This document shows, piece by piece, positions 26,557-39,900 of a DNA stretch of 64,000 nt. The notes beneath the pieces are model-generated. The model saw only the letters and a list, made by a program, of their open reading frames with translations. It was not told the DNA's origin and did not search any database. The DNA is from Callorhinchus milii (Eukaryota). The position numbers and the translations under genes were made by a program. The DNA is taken from NCBI RefSeq assembly GCF_018977255.1, contig NW_024704743.1:28460001-28524000 (forward strand), given 5' to 3'. Position 1 is the stretch's first letter; every line of letters starts with the position of its first letter.

Positions 26557-27110
26557 CAACAACAACAACAACAACTTGCATTTATATGGTGCCCTTCAAG
26601 CGGGGAGGTGTCCCGGAGCACTTGATAGTGGCGGAGTCTGACACTGAGCCAGGGGGAGCGGGAGTGGGGAGGTGACTGTAAGCACGATCAAGATGAAAGT
26701 CTTCAGTCGGGATTAGAAAGTGGTGAGGGAGAGACAAGGTGGAGGGATTGAGAGAGAAAGTTCCAATTTTTGGGGGTGTAGTGGCTGAAAGCATGGCCAC
26801 CGATGGTGAAGCGGGAGGGGACAAGGGACAAACAGGAGCTGGAGCCAGCAGAGCGGAGGCAGCGTTTGGTGGAGTGGGGGGGGTAAGCAGGTCAGATAAG
26901 TAGGGAGGTGCAGGGGCATGAAGGGATTTGAAAACACGCGAGAGCATCTTGAAATTGATCCGTTTCGTAATTGGGAGCCAGTGGACACCATGACAAGGAC
27001 TGGTGTCAGTTTGGGTACGAGTTTTGTGTGGGTGAATATCCGAGCGGCAGAGTTCTGAATTAACTGTATATTGTGGAGCTGGAGAGACCAAATGAGGAGG
27101 GCATCAAAAT
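26557..27110 (-). mobile_element. L2 3'-end fragment with (TTG)n tail
   Basis: IQNSAARIFT, HWLPITKRINFKM; tail AGGGCACCATATAAATGCAAG(TTG)n on minus. Confidence 0.85.
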
Positions 27111-27929
27111 AGTTTGGCCATAGACCCACTTCCATCATCCCTCACTTCCAGGCTGTTAGGCTTACCCTGCCCTGTGGCTCCAACCCACTCTCTACTAATT
27201 CCTCTGCCCTCCTCAGTCGCAAGGGCTTCCCGCTCCGCTCTCCTCACCATCGCTCCATCCTCTGTAGCCGCTCTGCTCCCCGCGGCCGCTTTCCCATTCC
27301 TCACATCAGCTTTTTCTCTTTTCTCTGCTGCTTTCTCACTTTCCTTCACAGCAGCTTTCTTCCTATTCTCCACCACTTTCTCTCCTTCGGCCATCACTTT
27401 CTCACCTTTCATCTTCTCATCACTGCCAACGTCCATCTGATATGAAAGGCGCTATGCAGATGTCATTTGTTGTTGTGGTTGTTTCTGCAGAAGCACTGTT
27501 CAGCTTTGCCTTTACTAGCTTTCCCTCTCCTGCCACTGGTTTCCCTCTGATGCTCATGAGGTGGATATCTGACACATGTGGAAACCCATCACAATGCTAA
27601 AGAGTACCCAAAGCAAACTGAGATTTCCATGCATCCCAGAAAATCCCATGGAAATCCCAGAGATCGATTGTTGGAATGGAATGCACAATCTCTCCCTGGA
27701 GGGGCGCATCCTGTTTACCAAATTCCGGAAAGTATTAGATGCAGTTTGGCAAGAGCCAAGACTTGAGCACCCGACATTGTGTGCTATTGTACCGCTGGAG
27801 TCTAACCAATTAAACAGAATAGCTTACCATTGCTAGCACTGTCTGGCAAGTTGTCTCTACGTTTTCCAGGTAGGACCACCCTGCTCTTTAGAGCTTTGGT
27901 TAACAGGAGCTCAGTGGGATGACACCCTG

Positions 27930-29308
27930 TGTTAGGATTTCCGATCCCCAGGTTCGAATAATGACCCGACAATCCAATAAAGGTGTAATAGAAGTTTTAT
28001 CAATCAAAGTAACAAATACAAAACAAGCAAAATACTAATGCCACTACAAGTAACAAAACGTATACTACTGGTTTCGGAGCAGTCAGTTGCAAGGATTTTA
28101 TCATGTCTTCTCTCCGCTGCAACTGCTAATTTACTTGCTTAAAGTTAGGATAGTTATATTATTAGCCCCACATATCCTCCCGTTTGATCCCCCAATCGGG
28201 GGTCTGCCATGCATGTCTTACTTGTATTAGTATCCTATCTGTTCTTTGCAGACAACTGGGGTCCCTGAGTAAAAGCAGCCTGCTCATTATTTGCCTTTGT
28301 CACTTTTCGGTTGGACTATTCAAATGCCATCCTCGCCGGTCTCCCCTCCACTATCTTTCACAAAATCTAGGTCGTCCAAAACTTTGCTGCCCGCATTCTT
28401 ATCTGCACCAAACTCCACTCCACGATAATCCCAGTCTTTGCCAGACTGCACTGGCTGCCTGTCCCAGAGAGGATCAACTTCAAGATCCTTACCCTTGTCG
28501 TCAAATCCCTCCATTCCTCTGTAACCCACTGCCTCTATGACCTCCTCTCTCCTCACAACAGTGCCTGTTGCCTTTGCTCCACTGGGTCTGGCCACATCCT
28601 TATCCCCCAAATCCTCCACTCCACCATCGACGGCCATGCCTTCAGCCATTACACCCCAAGACTCTGGAACTCCCTTCCTCAATCCCTTCTCTACCTATTT
28701 TCAGTTCTCGGTGAAGACCTTTCTTTTCAATCGCGCCTTTGATCACCTTCCTCCCCCTCCACCTGGCCCGGCCCTGGGATCTGTTACTGTGAAGCACTCT
28801 GAGACACTGTCCGGCATGGAGGGCACTATATAAATCCAAGTTGTTGTTGTTGTATTTCTTAGCTCGTGACAGGTTGTTTTTCTCCTTCGAAGGTTGTTGT
28901 CTATCCCTGACTGGTAGAAACAATTAGATGGACTGACATGTGTTTAAAGAGGACTGGGTTGCTTTACTTAGGTATGTTTATAGGTATGTCGGTTTTCTAC
29001 GTTATCAGCATGTCACAGGTTCTTCTTGTATCGAGGAATCTAAGGAGTTCAACTGGTGCTAATCATGACAGCCCGTTCCTCTCTCGAAACTCGTGTCTTA
29101 TCTTGTTCCTTCCATTGCGACTGACTGACCATTAACCTTTAGAGCTAAAACAGCTTATCAAGCAGATTCCTAACATTTTAGTCCTGGTCAAAATGAAGAG
29201 TTTCTAGCAGTTTCTCACAGTTTCTATCTTACCTTGGTGCTACAATCTTATTGTTACATACATGGTGAATATAGATACACACATATATATATAGTTTCCT
29301 TTACTACA
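27930..29308 (-). mobile_element. Solo-LTR-like element related to the ERV LTR, with an internal L2 3' insertion (about 28295-28852)
   Basis: Begins TGTTAGGATTTCCGATCCCCAGGTTCGAATAATGACCCGACAATCCAA versus ERV LTR TGTTGGGATTTCCGATCCCGTAGTTCGAAATATGACCTGACAATCCAA; ends ...TTACTACA. The L2 piece is absent from paralogue 5106-5891. No clear target-site duplication seen. Confidence 0.7.
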
Positions 29309-29639
29309 ACTTTCCATAATATTATTTCAATATCAACCTTTTCTAAGACCTGCCCCAGCGACTGGTCGGCTCTTCCAAATCCTGCTGATGCGCCTTCCTG
29401 GCTGGGCTATCATCAGCAGCGCCCTGGAATACCGTAAACTGATCTGGATCAGGAACCGGAATAGTGACCGCCAGAGGGTTGGCTCAATTCTGACATTCCA
29501 TTGCAGTTCAGCTCCAAGAAGATCCCACTTACTTCTCTCCAAGGAGGATAGTCACTAGCTTCAGAGTTTCCTCTTTAGGCCATGAGCGTGTGAAATAGGT
29601 ATTAAATGAATCCCAGCGTGGAAGAGTTCTGCTTAACAA

Positions 29640-29901
29640 TTAATAATAATAATAATCCTTGCATTTGATATAGCGCTTTTCACGTCGGGAGGATGTCCCA
29701 AAGCGCTTCACAGAACGTACTGTAAAGTGAATTGACTGTATATTTGTGGGCGAACACGGCAGCCAATTGCGCACAGCAATGTCCCACAAACAGTCGTAGA
29801 TTGAAAATGACCAATTTATTATTGTTTTTTTTTGGAGGGATTATTATTAGGCTCTGTGTGGAGTAAGGAAACTTGCCCAAGGCTTCACCCTGTCTGGAAT
29901 T
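29640..29901 (-). mobile_element. 5'-truncated tRNA-derived SINE
   Basis: Inserted in AACAATTGCAAC (empty site at about 6532); truncated within the B box. Confidence 0.88.
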
Positions 29902-30177
29902 GCAACAAACATGCACAACAATAAAAGTATCTGCCAAAGGTTCTTTGCTGTATTTTACAGACCATCATCTACACAGTTACTGTATTGATTCAGAGCATTT
30001 GACACAATTGCTTTTGAAATGCTGAGATGTTTCACCATTGCAGACACTGTATCAAATGCAATGATTTATTATTATTTGAGATATGACTACATTTTACGGC
30101 ATGAAAAGACTCATCTAAAACAGGTCATAAATTTGGTTTCACAAGAAACGTATTAAAAAAAAGAATTTAAACATGAG

Positions 30178-30366
30178 GCACCCGCCCAAAGCATTTTATT
30201 CCCCGCACAGGACGACCGAAACCCGCCCAATTGGGCTGGAACCCGCCCAACCTGGCGCAACATCTCCCACCCCACCCGCCCCCGCCAGGTGACGTCAAGG
30301 AGGGCGGGGCTGGGCGGGGGCGTGTCACGTGGGGTCCCGGGTGACGTCAGGCCGGAGGTATAAGGA
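30178..30366 (+). promoter_or_regulatory. CpG-island promoter of serpin copy B: GC boxes, two CREs, E-box, TATA
   Basis: Multiple CCGCCC/GGGCGG, TGACGTCA at 30290-30297 and 30342-30349, CACGTG 30326-30331, TATAAG 30359-30364. Confidence 0.8.
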
Positions 30367-30421
30367 GCCCTGGATCCCGGGGCGGAGTGACAGACAGTTG
30401 AGCGCAGCGCGAGGAGTGTGT

Positions 30422-30592
30422 GTGCACAGCGGCTGCAGTGAGTGAGTGAGTGAGTGCACAGCGGCTGCAGTGAGTGAGTGCACAGCGGCTGCAGTGAGTG
30501 AGTGCACAGCGGCTGCAGTGAGTGAGTGCACAGCGGCTGCAGTGAGTGAGTGCACAGCGGCTGCAGGCAGTGAGTGCACAGGCTGGGCTGCA
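30422..30592 (+). repeat. 24-bp minisatellite (GTGCACAGCGGCTGCAGTGAGTGA), six cores plus a variant
   Basis: Cores at 30422, 30454, 30478, 30502, 30526 and 30550, variant at 30574. Only one core plus the variant in copy A (about 6935-6978). Confidence 0.95.
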
Positions 30593-30908
30593 GGCACTGC
30601 CTTTCTTACCACTTGGCCTGACAAAACAGTTGTGCCTGTTGTCAGTAACTTGGCACAACTTCAATCTTGCAGTCGTTACCAACATTGTAAGTTGGGTTGT
30701 CAGGTCAATTTGGTTTTCCAGTGGTTTGGAACTTAATGTTTGCATCTTTACCATATAAACCATAAGTGCACCTCCTGCCAGTCTGATTGGAACCTGTTGT
30801 CCACAGGAGTTTGGCAAAGGCCTTCAAACGAAATCATCCTTTTTGAGCGAGATCAGAAGAAAAAGCAAAATGGTATCAAAGTGTGTTTCTTTTTCAGGTT
30901 CCTTGGCG

Positions 30909-33900
30909 ATGGATCCTTTAGGTGTTGCAAATACCAATTTTGCTCTCGAGCTCTTCAAGGAGTTGACCAAAGCTGATCAAAGTGGAAATGTCTTTGTGTC
31001 TCCATTAAGCATATCGGCGGCTCTGGCTATGCTTTATCTTGGGGCAAAAGGCGAAACTGCAGCTCAAATGGCTAAGGCGAGTATGTAATCAAATTAAATC
31101 TGTGTTAAATGTTAACAGCTTTTATATAGAGACTGATCATGTACTGTTTAACTACATGAAAAGATTTGCTTTGCGGCTATTGTAAAGTAATGGAAAGAAG
31201 TACAGAGCAATTCCATTAGAATGTGGGGTTTTGATCCATAAAATGAAAAGTAAGCGAGCGGCACTGCTGTTTCTAAAGACAGTCTGATCCATCTGAAAAC
31301 CTTCAGGCTGACTGTTTTTGTGATGTGAAGGCTGCCATTGTGTTTCTAATTACCCATAGAGCAGCCAAATGATGTTTACCGGCTGCCACATGTGTTGGAC
31401 GGGAAGCTGACCCAAAAATGTGAAATGAATCATCTCAAACTTGGTGGAATCTGTAACATAAACCACTTGCGAAATGCGATGCTATAAATAATAAGAAAAG
31501 CTGGAGCGGATCAAAGAGTTTGAATTAAACTTATCCATGTTGTGATTGTGAAAATCTACTTCAAGTATAGGTAACTTAGATTAATTGTGAAAGTTCATAA
31601 AATCGTACAGCACAAAAAGAGGCCATTCGACCCATCGAGTGTGTGCCGGCTCTTTAAAAAGAGCAATGCAATGTCAATCCCACTCCCCAGACCTTACCCC
31701 ATAACCCTGCAAACCCGTCCTCCTCAAATACCCGTCCACCGCGTTTTTAAAAGGAGTTATCGAATCGGCCTCGACCACCCTTTCAGGCAATGCATTCCAG
31801 ATTCTAACAATTTGCTACATTTAAATATTTCTTCTCACCTCCCCTCTGCTTCTTTTAGATACTATTTTGGATCTGATCTCGAGTCACCAACACACCCACG
31901 AGTGGAAACAGTTTTTCCCTTTCTAACTGAGGAAATCGATTGCTATTTTTATGACCTAAAGTCAGAGCAAAATTCTTTTATGTAATAATTTCAATCCATT
32001 GCATAGCTGATTGACATGGCCTGAAAGATTGGGTGTTTTCTTTCACCAGCAGAGATCAGTATCTCTGCGATTTCTGCATAAAACGGTTGTATAGCTGCTT
32101 GAACTTAATTATATTGTTTAATGTTTCTATTAGAATCATTTACAAGAGTCCTAATAAAGCTACAAAATTGTTTAACACTTATCAATTTTGATATCAGCAC
32201 AGTTGTACAAATTTCGAGAATAAAAGTAAAACGTATTGTGACTGCATTGGACATCAGCCCAGACTGTTTGGAATGGTCCCCTTTCTTCAGTTAAAGTTAT
32301 CCCAAGTCAAATGTGTTCACAAGATCACAGGATTGGTTTGGATGAAGAAGGCCCTTCAGCCGATCTGATTTCCTCCTTCCAGAACACCCATCTACCATCT
32401 CCTCCCCCATCCCCATTAATGCATCAAGCTGCTTTTTGAATGAGTGCAGTGTGCTGGCCTCTACCATCTTTCTTGGCAAACTGCTCGAATCATTGATGAT
32501 CTGCTGCATAAAGAAAGATCTCGTTATCTATCCTGAAATTCCCCTTTACAATTTTACATCTTTATCTTCTTGTTCAGGTATCCAAAGTATTGGTAGTTTT
32601 GGTGCATACTAGAGTATTGATGTGAGGTTATTTTTTTGAGCCCATTTAAAACTTCTGTGTTTAAATCAATCTCAATTGATTTATCCCATTTAATATTTTA
32701 TACACTTCTATAGAGCCCCCCTGAGAAGTCTTCTCTCAAGACTGAAGAGTGCTAACTTGTCTGGTCGGTTACTTATAGCTCATTCTTTTAACAGCCTCTA
32801 GGACTTGGACAGCCCCTTATGTCACGGTGTTGAGAACTATATGCATTACTCTAGGTGCGATCTGATCAGAGCACAATACAACCCTGGTCAGACATCTAGG
32901 AATCTAAACTCAATTGATTTAGCAATGTAACCCAGCATCCTGTTTGCCTTGTTTATTGCTGTCTCCCATTGTTTTGAAATAGCGGAACTGTCAACCAACA
33001 GTTCTACATCTGTTTTGTCCTTCATGAATTCAGTCCCATCCAGGTAGTACAGTACTTGTGTTTCCTATTGTTGTGTCTTCTAAAAACAACCTTGCAGTTG
33101 TTTTGCAATAACAACCAGTCAGGCAAACCTAACCCCTTCTTCATAGAATAGAACTATGTAGTTCAAAGTTGTACACAGTCGAGAGCTGCTGCAGCAAGTG
33201 GAAGTGCAATGCTCTGCTGATGTGGTGGGAATGACTTGAGGTTTGACTTTTGAGAGTTTTTACTCTGCATGTGGTCCAATATCCACCTCAGTCGTCCTTG
33301 ATGATCACAAATTAACTGTAAATGTAAGCGTGAAGAGCAATAACTTTTTAATATTGTCCACCTCCTAAGAGTATCTATATTGAAACAATGCCCAGCCTGA
33401 TTTATTCACCATTTAATGTACTTTATCTTTAAAAAACTAACAATAATAATTTGGTCAATCGATCTACGATCGCTTGTGGGTCACTGCTGAGTGCAATTGG
33501 CTGCCGCGTTTGGCCCACGAACGACACGGTCAAATCACTTGACAGTATATTTTGTGAAGAACTTTGAGGCTGCATGAAGACGTGATAAGGCGCTATATCA
33601 AATCCAAGGATTATTATGTAACAGTGATATTTAATGATATTCCACTATACAAATCATTCATATGTTATTTGTATATAATAGCAACATCAATGCATTGTGG
33701 TTTATTTTATTTCAACTTTCTCAGATAATAACAGCTCCGGGACCAAAATATTTTACTAGGGAAATTTGTTTTGCTCTTTAGATGCCTTCTGTCCAATGGT
33801 GTAAAAGTATGCCCAGTATATTAATGCTTGTTTTCCTTTTTCTATAGGTGCTTCATTTTGATAAAGCACAAGATATCCATTCTGCATTTCAGAAGCTAAA

Positions 33901-36900
33901 TACCGACATCCACAAAGCTGATACTCAATATCTGTTGAAGCTTGCCAACCGTCTCTTTGGGGAGACGACGTACAGCTATCTCCCTGTAAGTTTCTTTTTA
34001 CATTGTTGGACCATGGTAGATAAATGCACCACATGAGGTGGTGCTTCACTGTATAGAACAGAAATGTCCCTGGTTTCAGCCTTTGCCCTCACTCTCTGGA
34101 ATTCCATCCTGGAGTCCCTTCACCTTGTCCTAACTTCGCCTCTTTCAGGGTCTGGCTGAATACCTTCCTGTTTGATCTTCGGTGTTTCTCACACCGCTAA
34201 CCCCTCTGTTCTCAACACCCCAGCTTGGATGCAAACCCTTGATTGTCCAGCACCTTGCAATGCCCTTTGAATGAGAAAAGTGCAATATGAAGACAATTGT
34301 TGTTATTAGCTTTCGTATGCTAGGGGACTGGGGAATAATGGGGAGGAGGATCAGAAGTGTGTAGTTTCTGATTTACTGACAGTTTAGAAGTAATTGATAT
34401 CAGTGCTCTGGATTACAGGAAAGTCTGCAATCCAGCGCACAGTCAACACATGCACAACTGTTCCCTTCGCATTGGCCTACAAAATGTCTGCTCCCTCTCC
34501 AGTAAAACACTCACCATCCAAGACGTCACTGTTGATGAAAACATCGACTTTCTCACCCTCACTGAAACCTGGATCACTTCAGGTGATACCTTCCCTTTGA
34601 TAAAGGCCACACCACACGGCTACACCTTCCATCATACCCCACGACATATTCAAAGTGGTGGTGTAGCTCTCATCTCACAGTCCCCGCTTGGCCTATCCCC
34701 TTACTCCTCTGGAACATTCCCCTCCTTTGAGCATTTTATCCTTTATCACCCCTCCAACCATTCCCTCAAAATTCTGCTTCTCTATCACCCCCAAAACCCT
34801 CTCCCATCTTCATCACCGACATACCCACCCTGCTATTTTGCCTCTTCCTCTACTCCAAACACCTCTTCTTCCTCGGCATCTTCAACCTTCACTTCACACC
34901 CTCCTGCTCTATCTCTGCTTACTTCTCCTCACTTATCTCCTCCCTCAACCTCTCCCTCCACATCTACTCCGCCACACATGTCCATGGTTACCCTCTCGAC
35001 CTGGTGATCTCTCAGGGCCTCACCGTCTTGGACCTCACCATCATTGATAAAGTGATCTCAGACTATCACTCCATCTCCCTTCACTCCTCAATCCCTCTCC
35101 CCACTGCCACCCATCCTTATCCATCTCCACTGGCTTCCAATCACACAGAGGATACAGTTCAAGATCCTGGTACTTACTTTCAAATCCATCCATGCTCTTG
35201 CTCCCCCCCTACCTCTGCGACCTTCTAACCCGTTACCATCCTGCTCGTCCTATCTGTTCGGCGGGCTGTGGCCTGCTTCACATCCCACGCCTCCCTCACC
35301 CCACGTTTAGCGGGTGGGCCTTCTGCCACTCTGCCCCCACCGTCTGGAACTCTATCCCACATTCCCTCCACCTCGCCCCCTCCCTTGCCTCTTTCAAGGC
35401 CCATCTCAAGTCCCTCCTCTTCGACTGTGTTTTCGATCTCCCTACTTTCCACCCTCCCTGATCCCGACTCCCAGCTTGGTTCTGAAACTGTCTGTCCAGC
35501 CCCTTGAGATGTCCTCCCGACTTGAAAGGCACCAAACAAATGTAATTTTGTTGTTGTGATATCAAGTTGTGACTGGCTTGTAGACCGACACCAAACCTGA
35601 GCACCATAAAATAGTTTTGTGCTTCTTTGAACCTGCGATTGATAGCCTGAGTGGGTGGTATGCAATTGGTCATTTTCTCCTCTTGTGTTGGGCAGCAATG
35701 TTGTCTCTGTTCTATTAGTGTAATTAATATCTATACTGCAATTTTTCTTAGGGATAGTATATGCTATGTATGCAACACAATTCAAGTGGGGGGAAAGCTT
35801 TAGTTCTTCACCTTCTACTTCCAATATCTTAGGATTTTCTTGCATCCACCCTGAAATTCTATCAAGCTGAACTCGCGGCAGTTGATTTTCGCAATAAACC
35901 AGAGGAAGTCAGACAGCAGATTAACGCTTGGGCAGAGGCACAGACTGAGGGTAAGCAACTCTGAAATATTCAGGTAATGCAAACAATATATGAGTGGCTC
36001 ACTTTCCCATCAGCGAGCAATCTAATGCATTTGTGTCACACAATCAGTCATTCACTGGCCAAGAAGAGAGAAAACACCCTTCTCCTTGCAGCACCAACAG
36101 CAGCAATTTTACATTGGTATAGCACCTTTCATGTCAGGAGGACATCTCAAAGCACTTCAGAGTTATATAGAGCTGGGCAGAATGCATAAAAGTTCCAGCA
36201 CCAATGGTGGAGTGGATAGGATGGATAGGGCAGGGGACATTGTAGCAAGTCAGCCTTCACTGAGCGAAGGGAAGTTTTGGGTTGGTAGGTAGGGTTGATG
36301 GAGGCCGCAGAGGTATGGCAGTTGGGAAGAGACTTTGGAGGAATTTAAGCGCAATGCCAAGGATCTAGATTTTCATCCACTGGTGGGTAGGAAGCAAGTG
36401 AACCAAGACAGGATAGACTTCCGCAGCCTGTTGTGGAGGAGGACATGAGTTGCAGTATTCTGAATTATCTGTGTAGAAGGCGCTGGGGAGTTCCGCAAAT
36501 GCTGTTTGAATAGTCCAGCCTGGACGAGATGAATATGCAAATGAGGAATTTATATAGGTCTTTAAAAATGGGAAGTGGTGAAAATCGACCAAGCCTTGTG
36601 AACAACTGCTTCAACCCACAGACAGAAATGTGAAGAATAACATGAATAATAATAATAATCTTTGCATTTGATATAGTGTCTTATGTCGTAAAGACATCTC
36701 AAAGTGTTTCATACTAATGTAAAGTGTAGTGATTGAATACTTTGTGGGCGAATGCTTGTAACTTACTTCTAAAGGACCTAATATACTATACACCTTCTGG
36801 AGAGGATATTTAAAGCTGTAAATCTTAATTGATGTAACTGAATGTGCTTGATTCCACTTCATCGTTTTATGTTCTGTGATCCACGGATCTAATTATTTTG

Positions 36901-39900
36901 TTTTTTAAACATGCCCACAGGTAAGATCAAGGACTTGTTGGCCCCAAATATTGTTGACAGTTTCACAAGGCTTGTCCTCGTGAATGCCATTTATTTTAAA
37001 GGCAACTGGGAGAGGAAATTCAACGCTGAAAGCACCCATGAGCGACCTTTCAAAATCAGCAAGGTAAATTGGAAGATGTAATGCTTCAAGATGTATGAAT
37101 ATGATCGAGATATATTCTGTTCAAATCCTGCTATAGCGCACTGCCCTTCATTGAAGACACGATGCAGACTGCTCATATACCTGAATTTAGGCAAGCTCAA
37201 TTTTCTTTCCTTACCTTCCCCAGACACCCAGTAATTGGGATCAGTCTCGTTCTTCATGTTATTGAATTTAGGCCTTGTGACGTGGTGGTTACCTGTCCAC
37301 AGTAAAGCCTCAGCCTAACTTCTATAGATTTATATTTCACAGTTCTGGCTTGTATTTTAACTTTGTACAATTTAGAATACAGTAGAAACCCGGTTTGCAA
37401 TCACCTCAGTAATCCAGCCACCTCACAATTATGGGCACATTTTCACAGTCTCTGTCAAGGTCTATATTAAAAGATTGGCCGTCTGCTTCAATGAATCGGG
37501 CACCTCACTGTACAGTACAACGGTCATTGATTGCAGTCTGCGGCAATAGAAAAGCGCGGCAGCTGCAAGTGCCCTCCTCCACTACAGACACAGAACAAAC
37601 ACTCCCCTTCACTACTAACCTGTACACAGTGCGCTAGACTTCAGGATTCTCGCACTGTTTGCTCATTGTTGCTCCTGTGGCGAGTGGGCTCTGGTTTCTC
37701 ATGCTCAACACGGGGACTGTTGGGATCGTGGAAGCAGTGCGAGTGAGATATGGACTTGGCCCAGCGCCCACGGCCTAACCTGAGCTCCTGCGGCCAATTC
37801 TTGGTAAATGCTGTAAACATGCCACCACTGAAGTTGTCGTCCTTACATGAGAGGATGGACTTGATCAAAAACAGTACCTGCCTGATAAGTGCACTTTTCT
37901 AAATCTTGTTTCCTACACCCTCTCTGATGATTGTTTTTGGTGCATATTCCTTTGAAGGGAGAGGGTCTATTTTCTCTCAGCTTCTCACCAACATCAACTG
38001 TGTTGTGTTTCAAGAGAACTTCAATGTCTTTGAGATCTGCAGTGCTATTTGTACTATGAACTGGAAACAGCCGTTACCTACAGAGTTCCCAGCTTTGTAT
38101 CAGCATTTCCTTTTGATGAACCTGTCTGATACAAATAAAACATTTCTTGTTACATTACAGAATAAAGTCAAGCTAAGATTTAAATTATTAATTGTAAGAT
38201 AAGCTCTCACCAAACAACTGCAACAAACTTGTTTGTGCCAACACAGACTGAAGTACAATTGCTTGAATTCCTCTCAAATTGAGTCACAGTGTAGCCATGC
38301 GGTAAGTGATCAGTCCTAGCACAGTTGAACAGGATTTAATTATCAGAGGGAAATAATATCCAAGCTTAAATGGGAAGGAAAATTGCGTGGTTTCTCTTTA
38401 AAATACTTCATCTGCTTTTCTCCTAAGAAGTTAACTATATATGTTTTTCTGTCTTAGAGAAATACACAAAATACACATTACCTACGAAATACTGTCAACC
38501 TACTCGTATATTCGGTGAAATGCTGTGAGATTTCTCAATGTGATAAGGCATCAAATTAGAAGATGACAATGTTTCCTCTATCCCACATCACAGTTGCCCT
38601 ATTGACTGCTACCGTTTGGAAATTTTAGCAAATAATACAATGACTTGTATTGTATGAGGGAGAAGGGAATAGAAGGATGTGAGAGGGAGCAAGAAGTGGG
38701 TGGAAACTCTTGTGCAGTATAAACACCGTCATGGACTAGTTAGGCAAAATGATCTGTTTCCATGCTGTACATTCCATATAAATTGCAAAATTCCAACCCA
38801 TAGGAATTATGCTCAGATGAGATCTACTTGAGAGTAGAGTTTCCACTTCAAGGTCATGTACATTTAGTTATTGGGAAGAAATGTTAAGTGTAACTTGTAG
38901 TTGGAATTTCTAAATCCAATTACGAATCACAGCAATTCAGATCCGTTGTCTAGCTGAAAAATTAAATGATATCTTAGTATTCCAGCTACTTAAATGTTTT
39001 GAGCTGTACTCTGTGAAGAACAGTTCCCATCTGATGCAAGCAGTCAGCTTGCCCAGTCACACACACAATATTTCTGGATGATGTAACATTTTGCTGATAA
39101 ACATGTGATGTAGATCATACATTTTAGTTTTTATTGATGATGAAGTAAGTTTTGCCGTGATATAATTTCCTTCCACAATGTGCTTTCCCCTTTTATCTTG
39201 CAATCCATTGCCCCATAAATCTTTTCCTATGTCCTCTTTCAGCAAGGTTTGTTTAGAATTGCTGATGATCTTGTTTATGTTTGCAGAATGAAACCAAGCC
39301 AGTCCAAATGATGCGCCAGAAGGCCAAGTTTAACAACACTTACATTCGTGAAGTTGAGACCAGAATCCTTGAGCTCCCTTATGTTCAGAAAGAGCTGAGT
39401 ATGATCATCATGTTGCCAGATCTAAAAGATGATGCAAGTGGACTGGAAAAAGTAAGTTGAAGTTTTTTGAAATAGTACCACTGTTAAGTGGATTCACTTT
39501 GCTTTTGGGAAAAGAAATACAGTCTTGATCAAAAATTAATAAATTCATACACCAGTCCTGTTTTCTCATTTCTGTTTCATCCCCTTATAAAGCTGAATCC
39601 ACACTTTCCCAATGATCAGCTGAATTCATGAACAGAAATGTCTTATACCTAAAATATGTCCAAAATAGGTTTAATTTGCAATATTTGTTCTGAATAACAA
39701 CATGTTGGATTTTCTTAGTTGTTATCTCATCTCTCACCCCTGGTGTGGTTTCAACAACCTGGAAGCAAGTGAGAGGACCTGGGTTCTATTCCCGGCAGGG
39801 CGAAACATTGGGCAAGTTTCCTAACTCCACACGTGTTTGCCTAGCAGTAAGTAAGAAGCCAGTTGTCGATTCCTGGATCACTTCTCTGTGGTACTTGGTG

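Noticed and set aside
27490..27900. Coding-looking ORFs 27576-27836
   Set aside because: No recognisable motif or exon boundaries.
30422..30592. Repeat array as CRISPR, or the repetitive ORFs (SECTAAAV)n and (CSRCALTH)n as proteins
   Set aside because: No unique spacers and eukaryotic context; the ORFs are a by-product of a 24-bp (multiple of 3) minisatellite.
30843..30908. N-terminal extension of the serpin suggested by the ORF track
   Set aside because: Lies mostly upstream of the acceptor at 30897; family alignment starts at ATG 30909.
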